In this document: one piece after another, positions 23,958 through 33,595 of the stretch
Numbering within the stretch: the stretch's first letter is position 1
Layout of the letters: the number at the start of each line of letters is the position of its first letter
Assembly (NCBI RefSeq): GCF_001598795.1
Contig: NZ_BCZP01000030.1
Location: 7,454-47,453, forward strand
Source: Delftia acidovorans NBRC 14950
GTDB taxonomy: Bacteria > Pseudomonadota > Gammaproteobacteria > Burkholderiales > Burkholderiaceae_C
Length of the DNA stretch: 40,000 bases
Direction: 5' to 3'
The notes under the pieces: model-generated
What the model was told of the DNA's origin: nothing
Seen by the model: only the letters and a program-made list of their open reading frames with translations
Database searches by the model: none
Position numbers and translations under genes: made by a program

Positions 23958-24917
23958 CTATTCGGAAGCGGCTCCAGGGGGCATCTGGCGGCCTGTCACA
24001 AAAGCCTGGGCATGGCACAGGTCGGCCCAGGCGCCGGCCTTGGCCTGGGGGGCGCGCAGCAGGTAGTTGGGGTCGTAGCTGACCACGGCGGGCACGCCCG
24101 CAATGCGGTGCGGCTCGGCACGCAGGCGGCCCAGCGCCTCCTGGCGCTGCAGCACGGCGCGCGCCGTGGCCAGCCCCAGCACCAGCACGCAGGCCGGGCG
24201 CAGATCGCGCAGCAGCGCCTCCAGCGATGGCTGCAGCGCCGGGACCTCGGGCGCCTCCTGTCCTTCGGCCGCAGGCTGCACGCGGTGCAGGGCGGCGCTG
24301 TACAGGCGCGGATGGTCCTGCAGGTTCAGCGCGCGCAGCATGTTGTCCAGCAGCCGGGCCGCGTCGCCTTCGAGCGCGGTGCGCGCGCAGTCGGGGCCGG
24401 GGCGCTGGGCGGGTGGCAGGGGCAGCGAGTTGGCGGGCGGCTCCAGCAGGATCAGCCAGCCGCCTTCGCCGCCATCACCGGCAGGCGGGGTTGCCGCATA
24501 CACGGGCCGTACGGGGCCCAGCCGCCAGCCCAGCCCGGGGGCGCCGGCCACGGGCTGCTGCACGTAGCGGCGCGGCGGGCGTTCGCGTTCGGGAATGACG
24601 GGGGCGGGAGAGGCATGCACGGGTGCGGGAGGCGGTGGCGCCTGGACAGGCGCCTGAACAGGCACCTGAACGCGTGCGGGCGTTGGCGCGGCGACAGGCG
24701 CCGGTGCAGCAGGCGCCGGGGAGGGCGCCTCCTGCACGGGCGGCGGCACGGGGCGGGCCGCCAGCGGATCTGCCAGGGGCGCCGCTGCAGGCGCATCGGC
24801 GGGCGCAGCCAGGGCCTCGGACAGCACGGCGGGTGCGGTCTCGGGCTCGGGCAGCCAGACGGTGATGCCCATGGCGTGCAGCATGGCCCGCTGGCGGGTG
24901 TCTAGATTCAGGGCCAT
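23958..24917 (-). CDS. Uracil-DNA-glycosylase-superfamily (family-4-like) protein with degenerate catalytic motifs, Pro/Ala-rich linker and a HolD(psi)-like N-terminal peptide
   Basis: ATG 24917 (MALNLDTRQRAMLHAMGITVW...) overlaps the rimI stop by 10 nt. The C-terminal domain has ...EGDAARLLDNMLRALNL... and ...VVSYDPNYLLRAPQAKAGAWADL. These correspond to family-4 UDG blocks, but GE.PG is replaced by LEPPA and HP by DP. Confidence 0.75.
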   Translation of the reverse strand: MALNLDTRQRAMLHAMGITVWLPEPETAPAVLSEALAAPADAPAAAPLADPLAARPVPPPVQEAPSPAPAAPAPVAAPTPARVQVPVQAPVQAPPPPAPVHASPAPVIPERERPPRRYVQQPVAGAPGLGWRLGPVRPVYAATPPAGDGGEGGWLILLEPPANSLPLPPAQRPGPDCARTALEGDAARLLDNMLRALNLQDHPRLYSAALHRVQPAAEGQEAPEVPALQPSLEALLRDLRPACVLVLGLATARAVLQRQEALGRLRAEPHRIAGVPAVVSYDPNYLLRAPQAKAGAWADLCHAQAFVTGRQMPPGAASE

Positions 24918-25438
24918 AGCTTGAGGCTCATGAGCACGGCATGCTCGCGCGGGCCGTCGTGCATGGGGTAGTAGTTCTTGCGCAGGCCCACCTCCTGGTA
25001 GCCATGCGCGGCGTAGATGCTGCGTGCGCGGACATTGCTCTCGCGCACTTCCAGCCAGATCCATTGGGCCTTGCGCTGGCGCGCCCACAGGGCCAGCGCG
25101 TCCAGCAGGATGCGGGCCCAGCCCTGGCGCTGGCGCGACGGGGCCACGGTGATGTTGAGCAGGTGGACCTCGTCGAGCACGATCATGGCGACGAAGTAGC
25201 CCACCAGTTCGCCCCGGGCATCGACCAGCAGCTGCGCTTCATTGCCGGCCGCCATGGCATCGATGAAGTTGCCACGGGACCAGGGATGCGAGTAGGCCTG
25301 CTGCTCCACAGGCAGCAGCATGTCCAGCCACAGCACGTTCAGCGGCTCGAAGCGCACGCTGTCCCGCTCCGGCGCCGGAGCCGGGGCGTCGGTCAGGGGC
25401 GGCTGCGGCCGCGAGGGCTGTGGCGTGTGCGTGCTCAT
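24908..25438 (-). CDS. rimI: Ribosomal-protein-alanine N-acetyltransferase RimI (GNAT)
   Basis: GNAT core ...LLNITVAPSRQRQGWARILLDAL... (Q/RxxGxA acetyl-CoA motif) and ...WLEVRESNVRARSIYAAHGY... It occupies the classical position after tsaB, with an ATGA overlap with the tsaB stop at 25435-25438. Confidence 0.88.
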   Translation of the reverse strand: MSTHTPQPSRPQPPLTDAPAPAPERDSVRFEPLNVLWLDMLLPVEQQAYSHPWSRGNFIDAMAAGNEAQLLVDARGELVGYFVAMIVLDEVHLLNITVAPSRQRQGWARILLDALALWARQRKAQWIWLEVRESNVRARSIYAAHGYQEVGLRKNYYPMHDGPREHAVLMSLKLWP

Positions 25439-26175
25439 GGTGCGGGCGGGGTGGCCTCTGGGGTGGGCGTGGCCAGGGCCAGCGCGGCGGCCGCCTTGGC
25501 AGCCTCCCGCTCGGCCGTGGTCTGCGCGACTTTATCGCGGATGTAGCGCGGCAGGGCCTGGTCGGCCGGCAAGGCGCGGTCGGCCGCCAGCAGGGCCGGG
25601 GCCAGGCGCAGCATGGCGGCGGCGGTGGGCAGGGCGGCCAGGTGGCTGGCCTGGGGCGCCAGGCGCTCGCCGTAGGCGGCCAGGGCGTTGCCGGCCACCA
25701 CGGTGCCGGGCGGCAGTTGCAGGGCCTCGGGCGCGCACAGGCCGAAGTCGCCGCTTTGCTCGCCAATGTCGTTCCAGCGGCCGTCGCTCCAGTGATAGGC
25801 GGCGTGATAGACCTCGTTCATGCGCGCATCGATCACGGCGATGAGGTCGGTGCAGCCGTATTGCATGCGGGCCTGCTCGGCCACGGCCAGCAGGCTGTCC
25901 ATGGGCAGCACGGGCACGCGGGCGGCAAAGGCCAGCCCCTGGGCCACGGAGCAGGCCGTGCGCAGGCCCGTGAACGAGCCCGGACCCCGGCCGAAGACGA
26001 TGGCCTGCAGCTCGGCGAATTCCAGGCCGGCCTGGGCCATCAGCGCCAGGATGGCGGGGATCAGCTCGGTCGAGGTCTGCGGGCCGCCGGGGCCGCTGTG
26101 CTCCCAGACGGCATCGCCGCGCTGCACGGCGATGGAGAGGGTGTCGGTACTGGTGTCTAGGGCAAGAAGATTCAT
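25435..26175 (-). CDS. tsaB: tRNA t6A37 threonylcarbamoyltransferase complex dimerisation subunit TsaB
   Basis: 246 aa from ATG 26175. It has MNLLALDTSTD....A and GPGSFTGLR...VAQGLA, which are TsaB/YeaZ signatures. Confidence 0.88.
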   Translation of the reverse strand: MNLLALDTSTDTLSIAVQRGDAVWEHSGPGGPQTSTELIPAILALMAQAGLEFAELQAIVFGRGPGSFTGLRTACSVAQGLAFAARVPVLPMDSLLAVAEQARMQYGCTDLIAVIDARMNEVYHAAYHWSDGRWNDIGEQSGDFGLCAPEALQLPPGTVVAGNALAAYGERLAPQASHLAALPTAAAMLRLAPALLAADRALPADQALPRYIRDKVAQTTAEREAAKAAAALALATPTPEATPPAP

Positions 26176-26340
26176 GGCTTGGGGCAGGCGGCGGTGCCGC
26201 AGCAAGTGCAGGATTATCGGTGCCCCGCCCGTCCCGCGCCCGGCAGGGCTGCAATGACCGGCGTAGACTTGCCGGCCATGTTGCATCTTTCGCCGTCTTC
26301 TTCCCTTATTTCCTCGATTTCCTCCGCCTTCTCACTCGGA

Positions 26341-27813
26341 ATGCCGCGTTCACGCCGGGGCTTGGCGGCCGCGCTGCTGGCGGCGTCTGTCCTGCCCGGC
26401 GTGGCAAGCGCCCAGGCAGATGCGCCCACTTCGCCGGCCTCGCTGTCCACCAAGACTGCACGCGAAAGCCGGCTGCCCCCGGCCGTGGAGGCGGCGCTTG
26501 CGCGCGCCAAGCTGCCGCGCGACGCGGTCTCGGCCCTGGTGGTCGAGGTCGATGGCCGGGCTGCCCCGCGCCTGGACTGGCAAAGCCATGTGGCCATGAA
26601 CCCCGCCTCGGTCATGAAGCTGGTCACCACCTATGCGGCGCTGGACCAGCTGGGTCCCGCACATGTCTGGCGCACGCCCGTCTTCCTGGGCGGGCCGGTG
26701 CAGGACGGCGTGCTGCGCGGGCCGCTGTACATCCAGGGCCAGGGCGATCCCAAGCTCGTGATGGAGCGGCTGTGGCTGATGCTGCGCCGCCTGCAGGGCA
26801 TGGGCATCAAGGTCATCGTGGGCGACATCGTGCTGGACCGCAGCGCGTTTTCCGTGAGCGGCCATGACGCGGCCACCTTCGACAACGAACCCTGGCGCCC
26901 CTACAACGTGGCGCCCGACGCGCTGCTGGTCAACTACAAGGCCGTGACCGTGGGCTTCACGCCCGACGCGGCGGCGGGCGTGGCGCGGCTGCAATACGAT
27001 CCGCCGCTGGCCGGCATCCAGCAGCAGGAAACCGTGCCACTGGCGCCGGCCGGCAGCGAATGCGGCGACTGGCGCGCCCGGCTGCAGCTGGACATGGCCG
27101 ACCCGCTGCGCATCGCCTTTGCCGGCCCGTTCCCGGCCAGTTGCGGCGACAAGAGCTGGTCGCTGGCGCCGGCCCAGCCCGAGGCCTTCGCGGCCCGCGC
27201 CATCGAGGGCATGTGGCGCGAGCTGGGCGGCAAGCTCACCGGCACCGTGCACGACGGCCGCGTGCCGACCGGGCTGCAGCCAGCATTCCAGAGCGAATCG
27301 CCTTCGCTGGCCGAGGTGGTGCGCGACATCAACAAGTACAGCAACAACGTCATGGCCCAGCAGGTGTTCCTGACCATGGGCATGCAGCGTACGGGCGTGG
27401 CCAGCTTCGAGTCCTCGCGCCAGGCCCTGGGCCAGTGGTGGCAGGCGCGCTGGGGCGCGGCCGATCAGCCCGTGGCCGACAACGGCGCCGGCCTGAGCCG
27501 CGAGGCGCGCATCACCGCCTCCGGCCTGGGCCGCATGCTGCAGCAGGCCTGGGCCTCGCCGGTGATGCCGGAGTTCGTGGCCTCCATGCCCATCGTCGGC
27601 GTGGATGGCACGCTGCGCCGCAGCCTCAGCCGGGCCCAGGGCATGGCGCATCTGAAGACCGGCACGCTGCGCGATGCCTCGGCCCTGGCCGGCTATGTGG
27701 ACGGGGCCAGCGGCCGCCGCTACGTGCTGGTGGCCATGGCCAACCACACCAACGCCCCGGCCGCGCGCGCGGCCTGGGATGCGCTGGTGGACTGGACGGC
27801 GCGCGACCGCTGA
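26341..27813 (+). CDS. dacB: D-alanyl-D-alanine carboxypeptidase/endopeptidase (PBP4, DacB)
   Basis: ATG 26341 gives the signal peptide MPRSRRGLAAALLAASVLPGVASAQA. SxxK is PASVMKLVTT, SxN is YSNN (KYSNNVMAQ), and KTG is HLKTGTL. Confidence 0.88.
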   Translation: MPRSRRGLAAALLAASVLPGVASAQADAPTSPASLSTKTARESRLPPAVEAALARAKLPRDAVSALVVEVDGRAAPRLDWQSHVAMNPASVMKLVTTYAALDQLGPAHVWRTPVFLGGPVQDGVLRGPLYIQGQGDPKLVMERLWLMLRRLQGMGIKVIVGDIVLDRSAFSVSGHDAATFDNEPWRPYNVAPDALLVNYKAVTVGFTPDAAAGVARLQYDPPLAGIQQQETVPLAPAGSECGDWRARLQLDMADPLRIAFAGPFPASCGDKSWSLAPAQPEAFAARAIEGMWRELGGKLTGTVHDGRVPTGLQPAFQSESPSLAEVVRDINKYSNNVMAQQVFLTMGMQRTGVASFESSRQALGQWWQARWGAADQPVADNGAGLSREARITASGLGRMLQQAWASPVMPEFVASMPIVGVDGTLRRSLSRAQGMAHLKTGTLRDASALAGYVDGASGRRYVLVAMANHTNAPAARAAWDALVDWTARDR

Positions 27814-27837
27814 TCGGGCGCCTTCGCGTCTTGTGCA

Positions 27838-27862
27838 GGGCCTGCTTTCGCAGGCCCTTTTT
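27838..27862 (+). terminator. Rho-independent terminator after dacB
   Basis: GGGCCTGC (27838-27845) / GCAGGCCC (27850-27857) with loop TTTC, followed by TTTTT. Confidence 0.65.
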
Positions 27863-28065
27863 CATTGTTTTTCCAGCAAGGACGTTGTCCTACCCACGGG
27901 CCATGCGGCGGTCCTTATCGTCTGTTCGCCCGCGTGCGAATTGCCTTGTCGGCGTGCGATTTCTATCCGTAGTTGCCCGGTGTCGCCAATGCGCAAGTGT
28001 CGTTACGATGGCTTTAGCAAAAAAGCACGGTCGTGCTATTCATAACACTTCACGGAGATTCCATC

Positions 28066-29199
28066 TTGGCAAATCGTTATCGAATCCTCGCGGCCGCTCT
28101 GGCCACGGCCGGCCTGCTGGCCGCTTGCGGCGGCGGCAGCGGCGCCGACACCACTCCCCGCGCCAAGATCACTTCCGTCAAGGTGATGGGCGACAGCCTC
28201 TCCGACAGCGGCACCTTCGGCTACAAGTTCACCGTGCAGAACGCCACGCTGACGGGCGCAGGCTCCAACCAGGTCTGGGCCGAGCGCGTGGCGGGCCTGT
28301 ACAACATCTCCCTGTGCCCGCGCTTCAACGGCACGGCCTTCACGCCCAACACCTCGTGCAACAACTACGCCGTGGGCGGCGGCCGCATCAACTACACCAG
28401 CGCGCCCACGGCGCCCATCTCCATCACGCAGCAGATCCTGCTGGCCGGCGCGGCAGGCTTCACGGCCGATGACCTGGCCGTGATCGACGGTGGCGCCAAT
28501 GACGCGGCCGATGTGATCGGCGCCTTCCTGGCCGCTTCCAGGGACCAGGGCGCCAACTTCAAGGCGCTGCTGTCCACCAAGATCGACGCGGCCACGCTGG
28601 GCGCGCTGCTGCAGCAGGGCCAGACCGGCATGGCCCAGGCCGGTGGCCTATACATGCAGAACCTGGCCAAGGGCTTTGTCTCCAGCATCCAGACCAATGT
28701 GCTGGGCAAGGGCGCCACGCGCGTGGCCATCCTCAACGTGCCCGCCATCACGCTGACGCCGCGCTTCCAGCTGGTGCTGCAGTCCGTGGCCCAGCAGCAG
28801 GGCTCGGCCGCCGCCGCGCAGCTGGAGACCGTGTTCGACGGCTGGGTCAAGGCCTTCAACCAGCAGGTCGCGGCCGGCTTCGCGGGCGAGAGCCGCGTGG
28901 CCATCATCGACTTCTACAGCGAGTTCCGCCAGCAGATGGCTGACCCCGCCCAGTACGCCTACACCAACGTGAAAAAGGCGGCCTGCCCTGCCACCGGCGT
29001 GGGCGCCGACGGCCTGCCCACCTACAGCTTCCCGACCTGCACCGAGGCCGCGCTGTCCGCCTCCATTCCCGTGGGCGAGACCAGCGCCAACTGGTGGAAG
29101 AGCTATGCCTTTGCCGACAGCTTCCACCCCACGCCCTATGGCCACCAGCAAATGAGCCAGCTGGCCTCCCGCACCCTGGCCCGCGCAGGCTGGCTGTGA
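28066..29199 (+). CDS. SGNH/GDSL-family lipase/esterase lipoprotein
   Basis: I prefer the TTG start at 28066, with RBS GGAGA at 28054-58; the track uses GTG 28033. Lipobox LLAAC|GGG. Block I is GDSLSDSG, block III is GGAND, and block V is DSFHP (DxxH). Confidence 0.85.
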   Translation: MANRYRILAAALATAGLLAACGGGSGADTTPRAKITSVKVMGDSLSDSGTFGYKFTVQNATLTGAGSNQVWAERVAGLYNISLCPRFNGTAFTPNTSCNNYAVGGGRINYTSAPTAPISITQQILLAGAAGFTADDLAVIDGGANDAADVIGAFLAASRDQGANFKALLSTKIDAATLGALLQQGQTGMAQAGGLYMQNLAKGFVSSIQTNVLGKGATRVAILNVPAITLTPRFQLVLQSVAQQQGSAAAAQLETVFDGWVKAFNQQVAAGFAGESRVAIIDFYSEFRQQMADPAQYAYTNVKKAACPATGVGADGLPTYSFPTCTEAALSASIPVGETSANWWKSYAFADSFHPTPYGHQQMSQLASRTLARAGWL

Positions 29200-29230
29200 T
29201 AGCAGACACGCAGCACGAGGAGACACATCC

Positions 29231-29902
29231 ATGAAGACATTCCTGCGTATCACCGCCGCCGTGGCCATGGCCACGGCCTGCATGGCCGCCACCGCCCAGT
29301 CCGCCGGCACCTGGAGCGTGCGCCTGGGCGCCACGCGCATCGATCCCCAGACCAGCAGCGGCTGGCTGAGCACGCCCAGCTTCCCCGACACCCGCGTGGA
29401 CGTGAAGGCCAACAGCCAGCTCACGGGCGGCGTGACCTACATGGTCACCAACAACTGGGCCATCGACGTGCCCGTGGGCCTGCCGTTCAAGCACGACTTC
29501 GTGGGCGATGGCGCCATCTCCGGCACGGGCAAGCTCGGCCGCACCAAGGTGCTGCCCGCCACCGTGTTCGCGCAGTACCGCTTCGGCGAGGCCAACTCCG
29601 CCTTCCGCCCCTACCTGGGCCTGGGCGTGACCTATGCCAAGTTCTTCGGCGAGCGCACCACGGCCTCCCTCAACGGCCTGACCGGCGGCACGCTGGCCAA
29701 CCCCACCACGGCCTCGGTGGACAGCAAGTGGGGCCTGACGCCGCAGATCGGCTTCGTCTACAACTTCAACGAGCGCTGGTTCCTGGACGTGGCCTACTAC
29801 AAAAGCTTCCTGAAGACCACGGCACACCTGTCCTCGGGCCAGAGCGTGTCGCTCAAGCTCAATCCCAACGTCTACGCCATCGGCATCGGATACCGCTTCT
29901 GA
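29231..29902 (+). CDS. ompW: Outer-membrane protein OmpW
   Basis: RBS GAGGAGA. Signal peptide ...ATAQSAG. OmpW-type 8-strand barrel blocks are W.V..G.....P, ...W.IDV..G.PFKH... and RPYLGLGV.Y..F, ending IGIGYRF. Confidence 0.9.
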   Translation: MKTFLRITAAVAMATACMAATAQSAGTWSVRLGATRIDPQTSSGWLSTPSFPDTRVDVKANSQLTGGVTYMVTNNWAIDVPVGLPFKHDFVGDGAISGTGKLGRTKVLPATVFAQYRFGEANSAFRPYLGLGVTYAKFFGERTTASLNGLTGGTLANPTTASVDSKWGLTPQIGFVYNFNERWFLDVAYYKSFLKTTAHLSSGQSVSLKLNPNVYAIGIGYRF

Positions 29903-29921
29903 CAGGTCGCAGTCCCCAAAG

Positions 29922-29948
29922 AAAAACCAGCCCGCGGGCTGGTTTTTT
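29922..29948. terminator. Bidirectional rho-independent terminator between convergent ompW and mmsA
   Basis: AAAAACCAGCCCGCGGGCTGGTTTTTT is a GC stem flanked by an A-run and a T-run, so it is usable from both strands. Confidence 0.7.
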
Positions 29949-29966
29949 CATGGAGCGGGCCTGCGC

Positions 29967-31505
<1,539 letters not shown>

Positions 31506-31559
31506 GCCAGCCAGTCTAGGAGTGCGCCTTCGGCCTGCCTAGGCGCTGCGCTTGAATTG

Positions 31560-31581
31560 ATTGTTCATTTTGCTGAACAAT
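31560..31581. promoter_or_regulatory. LysR-type box in the mmsA / LysR divergent region
   Basis: ATTGTTCA-ttttgc-TGAACAAT has perfect 8-bp inverted arms and contains a T-N11-A core. It lies 7 nt upstream of the LysR ATG (31588) and 55 nt upstream of the mmsA ATG (31505, opposite strand). Confidence 0.45.
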
Positions 31582-31587
31582 CCCTGC

Positions 31588-32562
31588 ATGGCAAATGAAA
31601 AACCCGATGCCAAGGCCGAGGCCTTGTGGAGCCACCTGCACTGGCTGGTCGTGCTGGAGCAGCAAGGCAGCTTCACCTCGGCCGCCGCGCGCCTGGGCGT
31701 GAGCAAGGCGGCCATGAGCCAGCGCGTGGCCGAGCTGGAGCGCGCGGCCGGCGTGGCCCTGGTCACACGCACCACGCGCAGCGTGCGCCTGACCGAAGCG
31801 GGGCAGCGCCTGGTGGACGAGACGCGCGGCGCCTTCGAGCACATCGCCGACAGCTTTGCGGGCGTGCGCGACCTGGCTGCCGAGCCGCGCGGCCTGCTGC
31901 GCGTGACCGCGCCCGTGGCCTTCTCGCGCCAGCAGCTCATGCCCCGGCTGCCGGCCTTCCTGCGCGCCCATCCGCAGATCCGGCTGGAGCTGGACCTGTC
32001 TGACCACCTGCGCTCGCTGGCGATGGAGGGCTTCGACATCGCCGTGCGCCATGCCTCCACCCCGCCCGAAACCCATGTGGCCTGGGCGCTGGCGCCCACG
32101 CGCTCGCTGCTGGTGGCCAGCACGGACTACCTGGCCGCGCACGGCACCCCGGCCACCCCGCAGGACCTGGCCGCGCACCAGTGCCTGCACTACCCGCGCA
32201 CCCAGGGCGCCATGGCCTGGAGCTTCGTGCCCGCCGATGCCGGTGCGGACGCCGGTGCAGACGCCAGTGCAGACGCAGTACGCACCGTCGTGCCCGTGGC
32301 CGGCGGCTTTGCCGCCAACAACAGCGAAATGCTGCGCGACGCCGCCATGGCAGGCCTGGGCATCGCCCTGGTGCCCGACTTCAGCGCCCAATCGGGCCTG
32401 GCCTCCGGCCATCTGCGCGAGGTGCTGCCCGGCTGGCGGCCCGTTGATGCCTTCGGCGAACACCTGTTCGCGATACGCCCCTACGCCAGCCACGTGCCGC
32501 GCGCGGTGGCGGTGTTCGTGGAGTTCCTGCGGGCGTCGTTTGCGGCGGGGTTCATTCGCTGA
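31588..32562 (+). CDS. LysR-family transcriptional regulator
   Basis: I prefer ATG 31588; the track start is TTG 31561. HTH ...SFTSAAARLGVSKAAMSQRVAELERAAGVALVTRTTR. The LysR effector domain carries an inserted (ADAG)-like repeat (see repeat feature). Confidence 0.9.
   Translation: MANEKPDAKAEALWSHLHWLVVLEQQGSFTSAAARLGVSKAAMSQRVAELERAAGVALVTRTTRSVRLTEAGQRLVDETRGAFEHIADSFAGVRDLAAEPRGLLRVTAPVAFSRQQLMPRLPAFLRAHPQIRLELDLSDHLRSLAMEGFDIAVRHASTPPETHVAWALAPTRSLLVASTDYLAAHGTPATPQDLAAHQCLHYPRTQGAMAWSFVPADAGADAGADASADAVRTVVPVAGGFAANNSEMLRDAAMAGLGIALVPDFSAQSGLASGHLREVLPGWRPVDAFGEHLFAIRPYASHVPRAVAVFVEFLRASFAAGFIR
32233..32280 (+). repeat. In-frame 12-nt tandem repeat x4 inside the LysR gene
   Basis: GCCGATGCCGGT / GCGGACGCCGGT / GCAGACGCCAGT / GCAGACGCAGTA encodes ADAG-ADAG-ADAS-ADAV. 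Confidence 0.8.
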
Positions 32563-32576
32563 GGGTGGCCCCTCAG
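32559..32576. terminator. Short hairpin formed by the two convergent stop codons (LysR / Bug receptor)
   Basis: C-TGAGGG-tggc-CCCTCA-G. The TGA (32560-62) and the complement of TCA (32573-75) sit in opposite arms of a 7-bp stem. There is no U-run, so terminator function is uncertain. Confidence 0.3.
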
Positions 32577-33553
32577 GCCTTGATCCCCAGCTTGTCCACC
32601 AATTGCTTGAACACCGCGTTGTCGCGGTCGATCACGGCCTTGAATTCGGGCTGGTCCAGGTAGCCCTCGCCCATGTTCTGCTTGGCCATGGTTTCGCGCA
32701 GGGCGGGGTCCTTGAGGGTCAGGGCCATGGCCTTGCGCAGGGTCTGGACCACGGCGTCGGGCGTGTTGCGGGGCACGGCCAGGCCGCGCCAGCCGCCGAT
32801 GAGCAGGTCGATGCCGCGCTCCTTGAGCGTGGGCACGGCTTCCCAGCCGGCCTGTATGCGCTGCTCGGCCATGATGGCCAGCGGGCGGATCTTGCCGGCC
32901 GCCACATAGGTGGCCACCTCCACGGGCGTGACGGCCACGGCCTCGATGTGGCCGCCCAGCAGGTCGAGCACGGCAGGGTTGGCGCCGCGGTAGGGCGCGT
33001 GGTTGAACTTCACGCCCGCCTTGTCCTGCAGCGCGGCGGCGGCCAGGTGGCCCAGCGAGCCCGGGCCGGCATTGCCGATGCGCACGGCGGCCTCGTCCTT
33101 GCGCGCGGCGGCGATCAGTTCCTCGATGCTGCGATAGGGCGAGTCGGCACGCACGGCGATGGTGGCGGGGTCGGCATTCAGGCGTGCCACGGGCAGCACG
33201 GCGTCGGAGCTGATCTTGGTCAGCCCCATGTGCGGGATCATGGTCAGCTCGACGGTGATGATGCCGATCTTGTAGCCGTCCGGCCGGGCATTGGCCAGTT
33301 CGGTCCAGCCCACGGCGCCGCTGGCGCCTGCGCGGTTGAGCACGATCAGGTCCTGCGGCAGGTGCTTGCGCGCCACCTCGGCCAGCGCGCGTGCCAGCAC
33401 GTCGGTGCCGCCGCCAGCGGCAAAGGGCACGATGAGTTCAATGGGGCGCTGGGGCCAGGCGCCGGCCGGTGCCTGCGCCATGGCGGGCAGGACCGGCGTT
33501 GCGGCCAGGGCGGCCAGCGAGTGGATGAATTGGCGGCGGGATGCGAGGGTCAT
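32573..33553 (-). CDS. Bug-family (TctC-like) substrate-binding protein with Tat-type signal
   Basis: MTLASRRQFIHSLAALAA... has the twin-arginine motif SRRQF. It also has PIELIVPFAAGGGTD, NRAGASGAVG, RPDGYK and APYRG. Confidence 0.9.
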   Translation of the reverse strand: MTLASRRQFIHSLAALAATPVLPAMAQAPAGAWPQRPIELIVPFAAGGGTDVLARALAEVARKHLPQDLIVLNRAGASGAVGWTELANARPDGYKIGIITVELTMIPHMGLTKISSDAVLPVARLNADPATIAVRADSPYRSIEELIAAARKDEAAVRIGNAGPGSLGHLAAAALQDKAGVKFNHAPYRGANPAVLDLLGGHIEAVAVTPVEVATYVAAGKIRPLAIMAEQRIQAGWEAVPTLKERGIDLLIGGWRGLAVPRNTPDAVVQTLRKAMALTLKDPALRETMAKQNMGEGYLDQPEFKAVIDRDNAVFKQLVDKLGIKA

Positions 33554-33595
33554 GGCTTGTCTCCGGGATCTTTGTTATGTGGCGATGTCTGTGCT

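Noticed and set aside
26286-26336. Roughly 50-nt polypyrimidine (CT-rich) tract upstream of dacB as a regulatory or H-DNA element.
   Set aside because: It is a real compositional oddity, but it has no internal repeat unit, mirror symmetry or partner site that I could verify. It may simply be the dacB leader, or it may lie within an alternative upstream start region.
28033-28065. GTG 28033 as the start of the SGNH lipoprotein gene (the track ORF start).
   Set aside because: TTG 28066 is preceded by GGAGA at optimal spacing and yields a compact lipoprotein signal peptide (…ALATAGLLAAC). The 11 extra residues from GTG 28033 (MLFITLHGDSI) lack RBS support. The choice remains uncertain.
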